Of a stretch of DNA of 64,000 nucleotides, positions 1-10,398 are shown in pieces. The stretch's first letter is position 1; the number at the start of each line of letters is the position of its first letter. Origin of the DNA: an uncultured delta proteobacterium (GTDB lineage: Bacteria; Desulfobacterota; Desulfomonilia; UBA1062). Location: NCBI GenBank assembly GCA_963785235.1, contig CAWAUM010000001.1, positions 544,001-608,000 on the forward strand, in the 5' to 3' direction. Position numbers and translations under genes: made by a program. A model generated the notes under the pieces. That model worked only from the letters and a program-made list of their open reading frames with translations, searched no databases and had not been told where the DNA came from.

Positions 1-911
1 AAAAGGTTATGCATATCCCTGACAACTACAAGGTCCTTTTCCTGCAGGGCGGCGCGACCATGCAGTTTGCCATGATACCCATCAATCTGCTGCCTCCTGA
101 TAAGGTTGCCGATTACATCGACACCGGCTACTTCGCCTCCCGGGCCATCAAGGAAGCCAAGTGCATCGGCAAGGTGAATGTCGCTGGATCCACCAAGGAC
201 CTGAGCTATACGAGGCTGCCCAACGTGGACGAGATCAAGCTCACCAAGGACGCAGCATACTGCCACATTACGTCGAACAACACCATCTACGGCACCCAGT
301 GGCAGACTTTCCCGGATACGGGCAATGTGCCGCTGGTTGCGGATATGTCTTCCGACATCATGTCCCGGAAGATCGATGTGTCGAAATTCGGACTTATCTA
401 TGCGGGCGCACAGAAGAACATGGGGCCTGCCGGCGTCACCTGTGTCATCATCCGGGAAGACCTCGTGGGCAAGGCGCCAGCCAACACATCTGCCATGCTT
501 GACTATAAACTCCATGTTGATAACAACTCCTGCTTCAACACGTGCCCCGTCACCGCCATCTTTGTGGTGCACGAGGTATTGAAGTGGCTTGATGACATGG
601 GTGGAGTTGAGGAGATGGAGAAACTCAACAACAAGAAGGCGGCCTTGATCTATGATATTCTCGATAAAAGCACCTTCTATAAGGGCAGTGTGGAGAAGGG
701 ATCACGCTCCAAGATGAACATCCCCTTCAAGCTTCCCACTGAAGAGCTCGATAATGAATTCATCTCTCTGGGCTCCAAGAAAGGCTTCATCGGCCTTAAG
801 GGCCACCGGGCCGTGGGAGGTATCAGGGTGTCCACATACAATGCCATGCCGCTCGAAGGTGTAGAAAAACTGACTGACTTCATGAAGGAGTTCGAGAAGA
901 GCAAGGTATAA
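1..911 (+). CDS. serC: Phosphoserine aminotransferase (5' part lies outside the window)
   Basis: Motifs VLFLQGGA, SNNTIYGTQ, ADMSS, YAGAQKNMGPAG (PLP lysine) and GHRAVGGIRVSTYNA. Confidence 0.95.
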   Translation, partial: KVMHIPDNYKVLFLQGGATMQFAMIPINLLPPDKVADYIDTGYFASRAIKEAKCIGKVNVAGSTKDLSYTRLPNVDEIKLTKDAAYCHITSNNTIYGTQWQTFPDTGNVPLVADMSSDIMSRKIDVSKFGLIYAGAQKNMGPAGVTCVIIREDLVGKAPANTSAMLDYKLHVDNNSCFNTCPVTAIFVVHEVLKWLDDMGGVEEMEKLNNKKAALIYDILDKSTFYKGSVEKGSRSKMNIPFKLPTEELDNEFISLGSKKGFIGLKGHRAVGGIRVSTYNAMPLEGVEKLTDFMKEFEKSKV

Positions 912-931
912 TTATTTTAAGAAGTGATTCC

Positions 932-963
932 GGTGCAGGCACTGAAAGGGCCTGCACCTTTTC
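932..963 (+). terminator. Rho-independent terminator after serC
   Basis: GGTGCAGGC / GCCTGCACC 9-bp stem followed by TTTT. Confidence 0.7.
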
Positions 964-1050
964 CATTTAATTTGAAATTAATTCAATGAGCATATCATGC
1001 TCCATGGTCCTATAGAGGCACTTGTGCTGATTTTTTTCAAAGGAGAGTTT

Positions 1051-1923
1051 ATGGCATTGAGGATGTCACACCCATCGGCAATACTCGTGGTTTGTCTCCT
1101 GCTCACAGCCGGATGTAACCAGAAGGCCTTTATGGTCAAGTCCATGGACCCCATCATGGATGATATGAAAATAGCCGTGAACAGGAACACGGATGTCGAT
1201 CTGATGAAAGAGGCAATACCGGCAAGCCTCATCCAGCTTGATGGATTCATTGTAGCAGCACCGAATGAAAAGCTGATTCTGCGTGGGGCAGAGGCCTACT
1301 TCGGTTATGCAAATGCCTTTGTGGAGGATACGGATAAGAAGCGTGCAAGTCTCCTCTACCTCAAGGCCAGAGAATATGGGCTGAGGGTCCTGAAGGAAAA
1401 TGGTGATTTCGCCAAGGCCCTCGACGGACCTGAACCGGCCTTCAAGGAGGTGCTGAAAGATTTCGGGGCAGGCGACGTGCCTGCACTTTTCTGGACCGCC
1501 AACAGCTGGCTCGCCTGGATCGGGATCAATCCGGCCGACCCGCAGGCCCTGATGGATCTTCCTAAAGCTGTCGACATGCTGGACAGGGTCATCGAACTGG
1601 ACGAAAGGTTCTACTTCGGGAGCGCCCACGCAGCGCTTGGTGCTTACTATGCCTCTTTGCCCAAGATGATGGGAGATAAGACGCCAATAGCAAAGCAGCA
1701 TTTTGATAAGGCCTTTGAAATATCAGGCGGCAAGTTTCTGTTCATGTATTACCTGTATGCCAAGTTTTATGCATACCAGACCCAGGACCGTGACCTGTTC
1801 GTCAAGACCCTGGAGATGATCATGGCTACGCCGAGCGATAAATATCCGGAAATGGCCTTTGCCAATGAGGTGGCCAAGAGGAAGGCGAAGTTCCTCCTGG
1901 ACAATATAGATACCTATTTCTAA
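1051..1923 (+). CDS. TRAP transporter TatT component (TPR-like lipoprotein)
   Basis: AGGAG before ATG 1051; lipobox LTAGC; helical repeats (ALFWTANSW, AHAALGAYY, AKQHFDKA, NEVAKRKA); first gene of a dctPQM operon. Confidence 0.8.
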   Translation: MALRMSHPSAILVVCLLLTAGCNQKAFMVKSMDPIMDDMKIAVNRNTDVDLMKEAIPASLIQLDGFIVAAPNEKLILRGAEAYFGYANAFVEDTDKKRASLLYLKAREYGLRVLKENGDFAKALDGPEPAFKEVLKDFGAGDVPALFWTANSWLAWIGINPADPQALMDLPKAVDMLDRVIELDERFYFGSAHAALGAYYASLPKMMGDKTPIAKQHFDKAFEISGGKFLFMYYLYAKFYAYQTQDRDLFVKTLEMIMATPSDKYPEMAFANEVAKRKAKFLLDNIDTYF

Positions 1924-1951
1924 GCAGGTGTATCAAAGGGGAGGGGCATCA

Positions 1952-3008
1952 ATGATGAAGCATTGTGGAGTAGTTCTTGCAACTGTCGCGATTTTCTTTG
2001 TATCTGCGGGGCTTAGGTCTTGCTGCAGCGCCAGAGCCGAAGGTGATCATCAAGATGGCATCCATTGCACCCAAGGGCAGCAATCTTGCAAATTTCTTTG
2101 ACGACATCGGTAAACAAATCAGAGAAAAAACGAACAATGAAGTCGGCTTCAAGATGTACTGGGGCGGCGTTCAGGGTGATGAGAAGGACATGCTCCGGAA
2201 GATTAAGCTCGGCCAGCTTCACGGCGGTGGATTTATGGGTCCTGGTCTGGGCCTTGTTGTCTCCGAGGTGAGGATAACGGAGATCCCCTATATGTTCAGG
2301 AATTTTGAAGAGGTAGGTTATGTAAGGTCCAAACTGCAGCCCTACATGGAGAAACAATTCGAAGAAAAAGGGTTCAAGGTCCTCGGGTGGATGGATCTCG
2401 GGTTCATACACACCTTTTCAAAAGAGCCGCTGGTTTCACTGGAGGTTGCCCGGAGACAGAAATGGTGGACCATGGAGGGTGAGCCCATCGGACAGGCCAT
2501 GTTCCAGGCCCTGAACATATCACCCGTATCCCTTTCCATATCCGATGTGGCGACCTCGTTATCCACGAACATGATCGACTGCGCAAGCTCCACACCGTTC
2601 GGTGCCGTGGCCTTCCAGTGGTCTTCACGTTTCAAGTACATGTCGGGCTATCCGACCGGAAGCATCCTTGGTGCTACGATCATCAGCAAGACTGTGTGGG
2701 ACAAGATATCGCCTGCCAGCCAGAAGATCATGATGGATATCGCCCTGAAGGAGCACGACAGGCTTTTCAGGCTCACCAGGCAGGATAATGTCAGGTCTTT
2801 AGCCCTCCTGAAGAAGGCAGGGATCATCATCGTCCCTTATGATCCAAAGAACAAGGACATGCAGTTCGTCTTTGAGACCTCAAAAAAAGTCAGGGAGACA
2901 CTGGTGGGCAAGCTCTATTCAAGGGAGTTACTGAACAAGACCCTGGGGCTTATTGATGAATACCGCCGCACCCATCCCAATGACACATATGTTATGCAGG
3001 TGGAATAA
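1952..3008 (+). CDS. dctP: TRAP substrate-binding protein DctP (frameshift in the signal peptide near 2010)
   Basis: ATG 1952 gives signal peptide MMKHCGVVLATVAIFFVSAG, which joins the ORF frame at a G-run; IKMASIAPKGS, GGVQGDEKDMLRKIKLGQLHG. Confidence 0.85.
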
Positions 3009-3016
3009 GAACTCCC

Positions 3017-3580
3017 ATGCGTTGCCCATTGTGCGGATTTGAACTGGCAGGTGATGCTGTTGAAAAATGCCCGGAATGCGGGTGGTGTAGCAAGGCGCCA
3101 TCCCGGCTGTTCAATGCCATTGCCCGGGTGGAAGACGCGGTTATCTCGGTTGTGCTCCTGAGCATGATTCTGCTTGTGCTTGTGCAGATCGGGCTGCGAA
3201 ACTTTTGTTCTACAGGGATGTCGGGCGGTGCCGAGATCGTGAGGCATATGCTGCTCTGGGTTGCATTCTTAGGCGCCGCCATAGCAGCCCGTGAGGGAAA
3301 ACATATCAGGATAGACCTGGCCCAGCGCATCCTTACGCAGGGACCAAAAAATGTTGTAGAGGTCATCACAAGCCTTTTCACCGCCATTGTCTGCGTGTTG
3401 CTCTTCTATGCTTCCATCCAGTTCATCCGCAACGAGTATGAGATGGGAACGATTATCCCCTTTTTCAACTTGAAGGTCTGGGTGCTCGAACTGGTTATCC
3501 CGCTGGGTTACTGCGCGGTCACACTGCGCTATCTGGCGCGGTGCGCACAATCTTTTATGCAGCTTGTGAAGGGGATATAA
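3017..3580 (+). CDS. dctQ: TRAP small permease DctQ with N-terminal zinc ribbon
   Basis: Four TM segments, LWVAFLGAAIAAREGKHIRID motif; N-terminus CPLC...CPEC. Confidence 0.85.
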   Translation: MRCPLCGFELAGDAVEKCPECGWCSKAPSRLFNAIARVEDAVISVVLLSMILLVLVQIGLRNFCSTGMSGGAEIVRHMLLWVAFLGAAIAAREGKHIRIDLAQRILTQGPKNVVEVITSLFTAIVCVLLFYASIQFIRNEYEMGTIIPFFNLKVWVLELVIPLGYCAVTLRYLARCAQSFMQLVKGI

Positions 3581-3584
3581 GGCA

Positions 3585-4862
3585 ATGACCACAATGCTCA
3601 TTATCCTCATTACAGTCATGGTATTCTTAGGCGCCCCCATGTTTGCCGTCCTGGCGGCCTTCGGGATGCTCGGATTCTATCTTTCCGATATCCAGATCGC
3701 TGCCCTGATCGTCGATATATACAGCCACTTCTCAAACAATCCGGTGCTCTACACCATACCCATTTTCACCTTTGCCGGGTTTGTCCTGGCAGAGAGCAAG
3801 GCATCAGTGCGTATTGTCAATTTTTCACAGGCAATCCTGGGCTGGCTCCCGGGCGGCCTGGCAATCGTATCGCTCGTCGCATGCGCCTTCTTCACCACCT
3901 TTACCGGCGCCTCGGGTGTCACCATTATCGCGCTAGGCGGATTGCTCTATCCGGCCCTCATGAAAGGGAACTATTCCGATAATTTCAGTCTCGGACTGCT
4001 CACCACCTCCGGCAGCCTCGGGCTCCTGTTTTTCCCGAGCCTTCCCATCATCATTTACGGGGTCGTGGCCGGCACCAGCATTACCCAGCTCTTTGCAGCG
4101 GGCATCATCCCCGGGATCTTTCTGATGATCGTCCTGTCGCTCTACAGCATTTTATTCGCCGTGCGGTCAAAGGCAGGCAGGCACAAGACATCCCTCAAAG
4201 AGATCATCGAGACGACCCGGGCAGCCAAGTGGGAGCTCTTCATCCCCATAATCCTCATGGTGGGTATTTTCGGCGGATATGTGACACTGGGAGAGATCGC
4301 CTCCATTATGGTGGCATATGTGTTTATCGTGGAGGTGCTCATCCATAAGGACATCCGTATCACGTTGTTTCCCGCCATCATCAGGGAGAGTATGGTCCTG
4401 GTCGGCGCAATTTTCATCATATTGGGCTCAGCGCTGGCGCTGACCACCTACATGGTTGATGCCGAGATCCCCATGAAGATCCTGGAAGTGATCCAGGCGC
4501 ATATAACCTCCAAGGTGGTATTCCTGATTGCGCTCAATATTTTTCTGCTCTTTGCGGGCAGCCTCATGGAGATCTATGGCGCACTTATCGTGGTGGTGCC
4601 GCTCATTGTTCCCATTGCCAAGGAGTATGGTATCAGCCCTGTACACCTGGGCATCATCTTCCTGGCAAACCTTGAAATCGGCTACTCCATGCCGCCCGTG
4701 GGCCTGAATCTCATCATCTCCTGCATCAGGTTCGAAAAGCCTGTGATACAGCTCTACCGGGCGTGTTTTCCCTTTATCATCATTATGATCCTTGCCCTGA
4801 TGGTGATAACATATTGTCCGTGGATGAGCCTGGCGCTCATAGAGCGCTTCGGGATAAAATGA
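3585..4862 (+). CDS. dctM: TRAP large permease DctM
   Basis: IPIFTFAG, FTGASGVTI, GSLGLLFFPSLP, PVHLGIIFLANLEIGYSMPPVGLNL. Confidence 0.92.
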   Translation: MTTMLIILITVMVFLGAPMFAVLAAFGMLGFYLSDIQIAALIVDIYSHFSNNPVLYTIPIFTFAGFVLAESKASVRIVNFSQAILGWLPGGLAIVSLVACAFFTTFTGASGVTIIALGGLLYPALMKGNYSDNFSLGLLTTSGSLGLLFFPSLPIIIYGVVAGTSITQLFAAGIIPGIFLMIVLSLYSILFAVRSKAGRHKTSLKEIIETTRAAKWELFIPIILMVGIFGGYVTLGEIASIMVAYVFIVEVLIHKDIRITLFPAIIRESMVLVGAIFIILGSALALTTYMVDAEIPMKILEVIQAHITSKVVFLIALNIFLLFAGSLMEIYGALIVVVPLIVPIAKEYGISPVHLGIIFLANLEIGYSMPPVGLNLIISCIRFEKPVIQLYRACFPFIIIMILALMVITYCPWMSLALIERFGIK

Positions 4863-4890
4863 GGGAGAGACCGATAGCCGTCTCGGTGGT

Positions 4891-5059
4891 GTTTTTTATA
4901 ACCCCGGACTGTGCGTTTAAGATGAGTAAAAGCCTGATCCGTTAAAAGCCTCCATCTTGCAGCCTTTGTGGAACGTTGATTATATCGGTCCTTCCAGGCT
5001 GCAAGATGGAGGCTTTTAACGGACCTATTTTTTTAAAAGCAATTCCATAGTCACTATGA
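4891..5059. repeat. Palindromic intergenic element, copy 1
   Basis: Perfect 28-bp inverted repeat 4938-4965 / 4996-5023; flanks match the copy at 50639-50807. Confidence 0.85.
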
Positions 5060-5072
5060 ATGCCCTGCCCTG

Positions 5073-5510
5073 TCAGCTGATATCCAGGACCTCGATATCA
5101 AAGGTAAGCTCCTTGCCTGCAAGGGGGTGGTTGGCGTCCAGGGTGACGGTTTCTTCATTCACCGAGGCAACCACGACAGGGATCTCGTCTCCATTTTCAT
5201 CAACCAGCTTGAGCGTCATTCCCGCCTCCGGGATAATGTCTTCGGGAAAAGAATCAACGGGCATGTCCACAACGAGATCGTCCTTGTACGGTCCGTAGCC
5301 CTGCTCGGGCGCTATGGTGAAGGTCTTGAGCTCGCCCACGGCCATTCCTGTGGCAGCCTCTTCGAACCCCTGGATTACCTCGCCTGAACCGATCATAAAG
5401 ACAAGAGGCTCCCCTCCGACAGAGGTATCAAACTCAAAGCCGTCTTCCAGTCTACCCCGGTAATGTACCTTTACCGTGTCGCCCTGCTGGGCGGTTTTGT
5501 TGATTATCAT
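5073..5510 (-). CDS. FKBP-type peptidyl-prolyl isomerase (SlyD-like)
   Basis: GDTVKVHYRGRLEDG, IGSGEVIQGFEE, TLDANHPLAGKELTFDIEV. Confidence 0.92.
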   Translation of the reverse strand: MIINKTAQQGDTVKVHYRGRLEDGFEFDTSVGGEPLVFMIGSGEVIQGFEEAATGMAVGELKTFTIAPEQGYGPYKDDLVVDMPVDSFPEDIIPEAGMTLKLVDENGDEIPVVVASVNEETVTLDANHPLAGKELTFDIEVLDIS

Positions 5511-5677
5511 TGTCCGACCCCTTTCGTTATGAATACAGATCACGTCAAGCTACCAGATTCCATCTTGCGGGGCAAAATAAAAAACAGCATATTGACGGCC
5601 CCATGTTCTCCTTGGCCTTCAGGGTGCAGGCATGTATAATGAACCCTGCTTCATTAGAACAGTGGAGGTATGGTGTA

Positions 5678-6391
5678 ATGCCATTAATGGAATATGTCCT
5701 TGAAGATCGTGTTGCCGTCCTTACCATGAACAACGGTGAGAACCGGTTCAACATGACGTTCATCCATGAGTTTCTCAGGGTGCTCGATGAGATTGAGTTA
5801 AATACCCATGCGGACGCATTGGTGGTGAGGTCTGCCCATGACAAGATTTTCTGCAACGGAATAGACCTCGACTGGCTTATGCCTGTTGCCCAGGCAGGAG
5901 ATAAACAGGGTATAAAGGATTTCTGCTACACCCTGAACAGGCTGCTTCGGAGGATACTCCTGTATCCCATGCCCACCATTGCGGCCATCACCGGGCACGC
6001 ATTTGCAGGAGGGGCCATCATGACCTGCTGTTTCGATTTCCGTTTTATGCGCTCTGACAGGGGCTTTTTCTGCTTTCCTGAAGTGGACCTCGGTATCCCT
6101 TTCTGGCCCGGCATGGTGGCCATGGTCAAAAAGGCCATACCCGCCTACAAGCTCGACGAGATGTTTTACCTGGGGACGAGGCTCACCGGCAGCCAGTGCG
6201 AGGAGCATCGGATTGTGGTCAAGTCATATCCCATGGAGGAACTCATGCCAGCCGTGATAAGCTTTGCAAAGTCGCTCAAGAAAGACCGCCGGTATTACCT
6301 GGCCCAGAAGGAGCGGATGAATGCCTCAATCATCAGGATCATCGATGAAGAGGACCCGGTAGTACTCGATGAGGGGCGGATACAGGTATGA
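5678..6391 (+). CDS. Enoyl-CoA hydratase/isomerase family protein (delta3,delta2-isomerase-like)
   Basis: GGAGG RBS; FCNGIDL, PTIAAITGHAFAGG, FCFPEVDLG. Confidence 0.85.
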   Translation: MPLMEYVLEDRVAVLTMNNGENRFNMTFIHEFLRVLDEIELNTHADALVVRSAHDKIFCNGIDLDWLMPVAQAGDKQGIKDFCYTLNRLLRRILLYPMPTIAAITGHAFAGGAIMTCCFDFRFMRSDRGFFCFPEVDLGIPFWPGMVAMVKKAIPAYKLDEMFYLGTRLTGSQCEEHRIVVKSYPMEELMPAVISFAKSLKKDRRYYLAQKERMNASIIRIIDEEDPVVLDEGRIQV

Positions 6392-7452
6392 AATATCTTT
6401 CCATGTATGCAGGACCCAGGGCAATAAAGCTCATAAGGGAGCAGGGACTCAAGCCCGATATGGTGGATGTAGTGGCCGGGGCTGCCGGCGGCCCCAAATG
6501 GCTCGTGCTGTGCGGGCTCGACAAGGCCATCTTCTCCTCGTGGCTGATGGATCGCACACGACCGGTCCACCTCATGGGATCATCGGTGGGCTCATGGCGG
6601 TTTGCCGCCCTGGCACAGGGCATGGAAGCCTACGGCCGCTTTATTGAGGCTTACTTCTCACAGCAATACAAAACCGTACCGACTGCCCGGATGGTCAGCG
6701 CTGAGATAGGTAAGATCCTGGATGCATACCTCGATGAAGAAGGCATCAAAAGGCTCCTTGCGAACCCTTTTGCAAGACTCAATTGCCTGGCAACCAGGTG
6801 CTCATGGCCGGGCTCTGTGGACGTGAAATTCATGGTGATGCTCTCAATGGTACTGGCAGGGCTCCTGAACCTTGTGAGCCGGAGGCTCTTAAGGCTCTTC
6901 TTCTCCCGCACCCTGTACTACGATGGAAGAGACCTTCCTCCATTTTTTCATATGGAGGGGTTTCCCTTGCAGCAGGTCAAGCTCACAAAGGCCAATGTTC
7001 ACGATGCCGTCCTGGCCTCGGGTTCCATGCCCGTGATCATGGAGGGCATCAAGGACATCCCCGGTTCGGCGCCGGGCATGTACCGGGATGCAGGGATCAT
7101 CGACTATCACCTGGATATACCCTTCAAAAGCGATTCAATTGTTCTTTTTCCCCATTATATGGAACGCATTATCACCGGATGGTTTGACAAGCTGCTCTCC
7201 TGGAGAAGGCCCGCAGCAAAGAACATGGAAAATGTCGTCCTGCTCTGTCCGGGCAAGGCCTTTGTTGATATGCTCCCCGGAAGGAAGATCCCTTCGAGGG
7301 AAGACTTCAGGGAGTACTGGAACCGGGACACCGAGCGTATCGCGTTCTGGGACAAGGTGGTCAAGGCGAGCACAGTGTTGGGGGAGGAGTTTTTAGAGGC
7401 GGTTCACAAAGGCACCTTGGTAAATTACCTCAGGCCGATTGAAGAGCTTTAA
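6388..7452 (+). CDS. Patatin-like phospholipase family protein
   Basis: Gly-rich AGAAGGPKW, GSSVG nucleophile motif, ASGSMP, DAG; ATGA overlap with the upstream gene. Confidence 0.75.
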   Translation: MKYLSMYAGPRAIKLIREQGLKPDMVDVVAGAAGGPKWLVLCGLDKAIFSSWLMDRTRPVHLMGSSVGSWRFAALAQGMEAYGRFIEAYFSQQYKTVPTARMVSAEIGKILDAYLDEEGIKRLLANPFARLNCLATRCSWPGSVDVKFMVMLSMVLAGLLNLVSRRLLRLFFSRTLYYDGRDLPPFFHMEGFPLQQVKLTKANVHDAVLASGSMPVIMEGIKDIPGSAPGMYRDAGIIDYHLDIPFKSDSIVLFPHYMERIITGWFDKLLSWRRPAAKNMENVVLLCPGKAFVDMLPGRKIPSREDFREYWNRDTERIAFWDKVVKASTVLGEEFLEAVHKGTLVNYLRPIEEL

Positions 7453-7496
7453 TGGGTGAAGCCTAACCGACTTCAGGGGAAAGGCTTGCCTCTCCC

Positions 7497-9393
7497 TTAA
7501 CCGCGAGTGCCTTTATAAAAGGACTGGATATACTCAAGGTATGCTTTTTCTTTCTGCAGCTTCTGCGCGTCTCTGCCTTCATAGAGGTGTATCAGTTTCA
7601 TGATTACTTTGATCTGCCCCGAATTGATCCGCAGGGATTTTTCATAAGCCAAGATGGCCTGATCGAACTTTCCCTGCTTGCTCAATGCCTCTCCCAAGAG
7701 TTCATATTTTCTGGCAGAGGCTAATGAATCATCGGGGATCTGTTCAAGGTATAAGTTACCATTGATATAATCGTTTCGCTGGTAATATTTCGCTGCCAAG
7801 GACAAGTTTGCATAGGCCGAATAGGGCCTTTTCATGGCGGAAGATTCTTTCCAGTATTTGATGGCTTCTCTCTTGAACCCTTTGGAGTCAAGGTTTATGG
7901 CGTGGGTATTGTAATGGGACGTCATGTCACCCGTCCCGGTTATGGGCAAAAATTCGATTACGGTCAATATGGCGAACACGATCAAATAGCGATATCCCTG
8001 TGCCATGGGAGTCTGATTTTTCAAGATTTTGAAAAACATGTCAAATCCCATGGCTGCATAGGGGATCAGGATGACAAGAAGGGGAGCCCGGATCCGCATG
8101 TTGGTGAAAAAGGCAATGAGTGTGAGGGCATAGATCAGGAAAACAATACTCAAGCCCAAGGTCTTCTCTGATTTTCGGATAGACAGGATCATCCAGGCCA
8201 TGCCGAGGGGAAAGATAAACCAGAAGGCGAAAAAGGGCAGGCGGAAGAAGGGGACGAATTGGCTTATAAAGCTGAGATCATAGTTGTCCTCTGCTTCAAA
8301 CTGGTTGAAGAAAACCAGGGTTTTCTGCCAAAGCTTCCAGGCCAGGGCACCGGGGTGATCCCAGGCGATTTGGATTACTTCCCTGGTCCAGAAAGATGAG
8401 GCCTCTTTGGTGGACAGTTTCTTTCCTGCCCTGCGGCTTGCCTCGATAATGAATTGAGTTGCCTGCTGTGCAGGAACGGATGTGGCAAAGGAGACCGGCC
8501 GGTAATAGGGGTAGGGATTTTCAAGGTTGTTCGCGAGATAGAGATTGAAACCCCCGGCCGGCGAGGCCCTGAATTCACCGGTTGCGTAATAGTTCCGAAT
8601 CAGAAAGGGGGCCAGGGACAGGAAGAGTCCTACCAGAAAAACAGTTACTGTCAGGGCCGCCCTTTGAAGGGAAAAGACCTTTTTATACATCATCCAGAGA
8701 AGCAAGATGGGAAAAACCGGCAGGAGGACGACACAGTTCTGGCGGACGTTAATCAATAATCCGGCGGTTATGCCCAGGAAAAGAATTTTTCCAGCATACC
8801 GCGCCCTTAGTATTTTTTCTTGCCTTTCTTCTTGATTCCCCAGTGCAACCGGCGGAGGTTCACTATCTTTCATGAGGGATATGAAAAGGTAAATCGTGGC
8901 GGAAAAGAGGAAAAGCCCCAGCGATTCCTTGAGAATAGTGATGCTGAAAAAAATAAAGGGCTTGTACAGGGCGGAAATCAGGCATGCGATAAGGCCGATG
9001 GTCCTGTTGGCAAGGTCCCTGCCGATAAAATAGATGAAAAGGCAGGTGAAGATCCCGAGACATGATATTCACCATGCGGACATAATCCGGATCAATGCCG
9101 AGCAACCGGTAAACCCCTGCCATGACATAGGCGGGCAGGGGGCTGAAATCATGTACCACAAAAGGTTTCCCATCCAGAATATGCTGTGCCCAGTTCTGGT
9201 ATACCCGCTCATCCCATATGAGAAAGTCGCCATACATGCTCTGCGAAAAGTTTGAGAAGGCAAGGATGCGAACCAGAAGCGCTCCAAGGAGAATGGCCGG
9301 CAGAAGAAAATGAACATTCCCATCCACAAAGGACAGAATAGGGGCTGCTGCCTGGTGCTTTACCGACACCTCCTTTTTCTTACTTTTCTTCAT
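7497..9393 (-). CDS. GT-C (ArnT/PMT-like) membrane glycosyltransferase with C-terminal TPR; frameshifted
   Basis: WDERVYQNWA luminal DE motif, many TM helices, APFLIRNY, GFNLYLANN, TPR-like C-terminus; split over ORFs 8863-9393 and 7497-8873. Confidence 0.7.
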
Positions 9394-10141
9394 GAGAGGA
9401 CCATCTGTGGGGTTTTTTCATCCTGAGGGAGATAAGCACCTTGAAGGTGGCCATGACCTCTTGCAGGGAAAATTTCGTTGCCCCTGATGCACGGTTCTGA
9501 AATTGAATGGGCATCTCGGTGACGCGCCGGGACAGGCAAACCGTCTGGTAGAGGAGATCGATCTTGAAGGCAAAACGGTTAAGCTCCATCAGTTTGTCCA
9601 GCGCGATCTGATCGAGAATCCCTTTCACCCTGGTGAGGCGGAACCCCGTGGTCAGATCGTGGATGGTTCGTGTTTTAAGGAAGAACCGGGCCACCTTGTT
9701 TCCCAGGGAGCTGAAGAGTTTCCGGTGCCATGGCCATGTGGAAGGAACACCGCCCCCATCCGTGTAGCGTGACCCTATGACATAGTCAAAGCCGGCCTGG
9801 AACAGTCGGACCATTTCAGGGACATACATCGGATCATGCTGGAAATCAGCGTCCATTTCAATCACGGCATCTGCATGCAATTCCTTCATGGCATGGCTGA
9901 GCCCCCGGGCATAGGCCCATCCGAGGCCTTCTTTCTTCCCTGTCAGGAGGTGGAGATGGGGATAGATGATCATTTTATCTCTGACTATCTGCCCGGTCCC
10001 GTCGGGTGAAGAGTCGTCCACGATCAGGAGGTGCATATCCTCCTGCAAACCGGGGAATGTTGACTTCATGAGGGTCTCGATCATATCCGAGATACATGAG
10101 GCCTCGTTGTAAGTGGGCATGACAATGACGATTGTAGCCAT
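9380..10141 (-). CDS. Polyprenol-phosphate mannose synthase-like GT2 glycosyltransferase
   Basis: VMPTYNEA, IVDDSSPDGTG, EMDADFQHDP, VIGSRY, DLTTGFR. Confidence 0.88.
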   Translation of the reverse strand: MATIVIVMPTYNEASCISDMIETLMKSTFPGLQEDMHLLIVDDSSPDGTGQIVRDKMIIYPHLHLLTGKKEGLGWAYARGLSHAMKELHADAVIEMDADFQHDPMYVPEMVRLFQAGFDYVIGSRYTDGGGVPSTWPWHRKLFSSLGNKVARFFLKTRTIHDLTTGFRLTRVKGILDQIALDKLMELNRFAFKIDLLYQTVCLSRRVTEMPIQFQNRASGATKFSLQEVMATFKVLISLRMKKPHRWSSHEEK

Positions 10142-10398
10142 TTAGGGAATCCTTATAGAGTGAGATAACAAGTATGTATAGACCACTCCAAACTCATAAA
10201 CTATTTCATACATCATGTTTATTCCTGAAATAATACAATAAAAGCGGCTCTTCATAATAGGGCATACTTTATTTATCATATGTGTGTCCGTTTCCCTATA
10301 ACCATTCCTGCTTTTGATGTGAGTGTTTGTATGATAAACAGATAATGAGCTGACAGGGTGCACGTGTACCCTGATGTCATGAGGTAAGAGGAGGGACT

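Noticed and set aside
10354-10373. CAGGGTGCACGTGTACCCTG palindrome before the FGGY kinase
   Set aside because: Single instance with no adjacent regulator, so no function can be assigned
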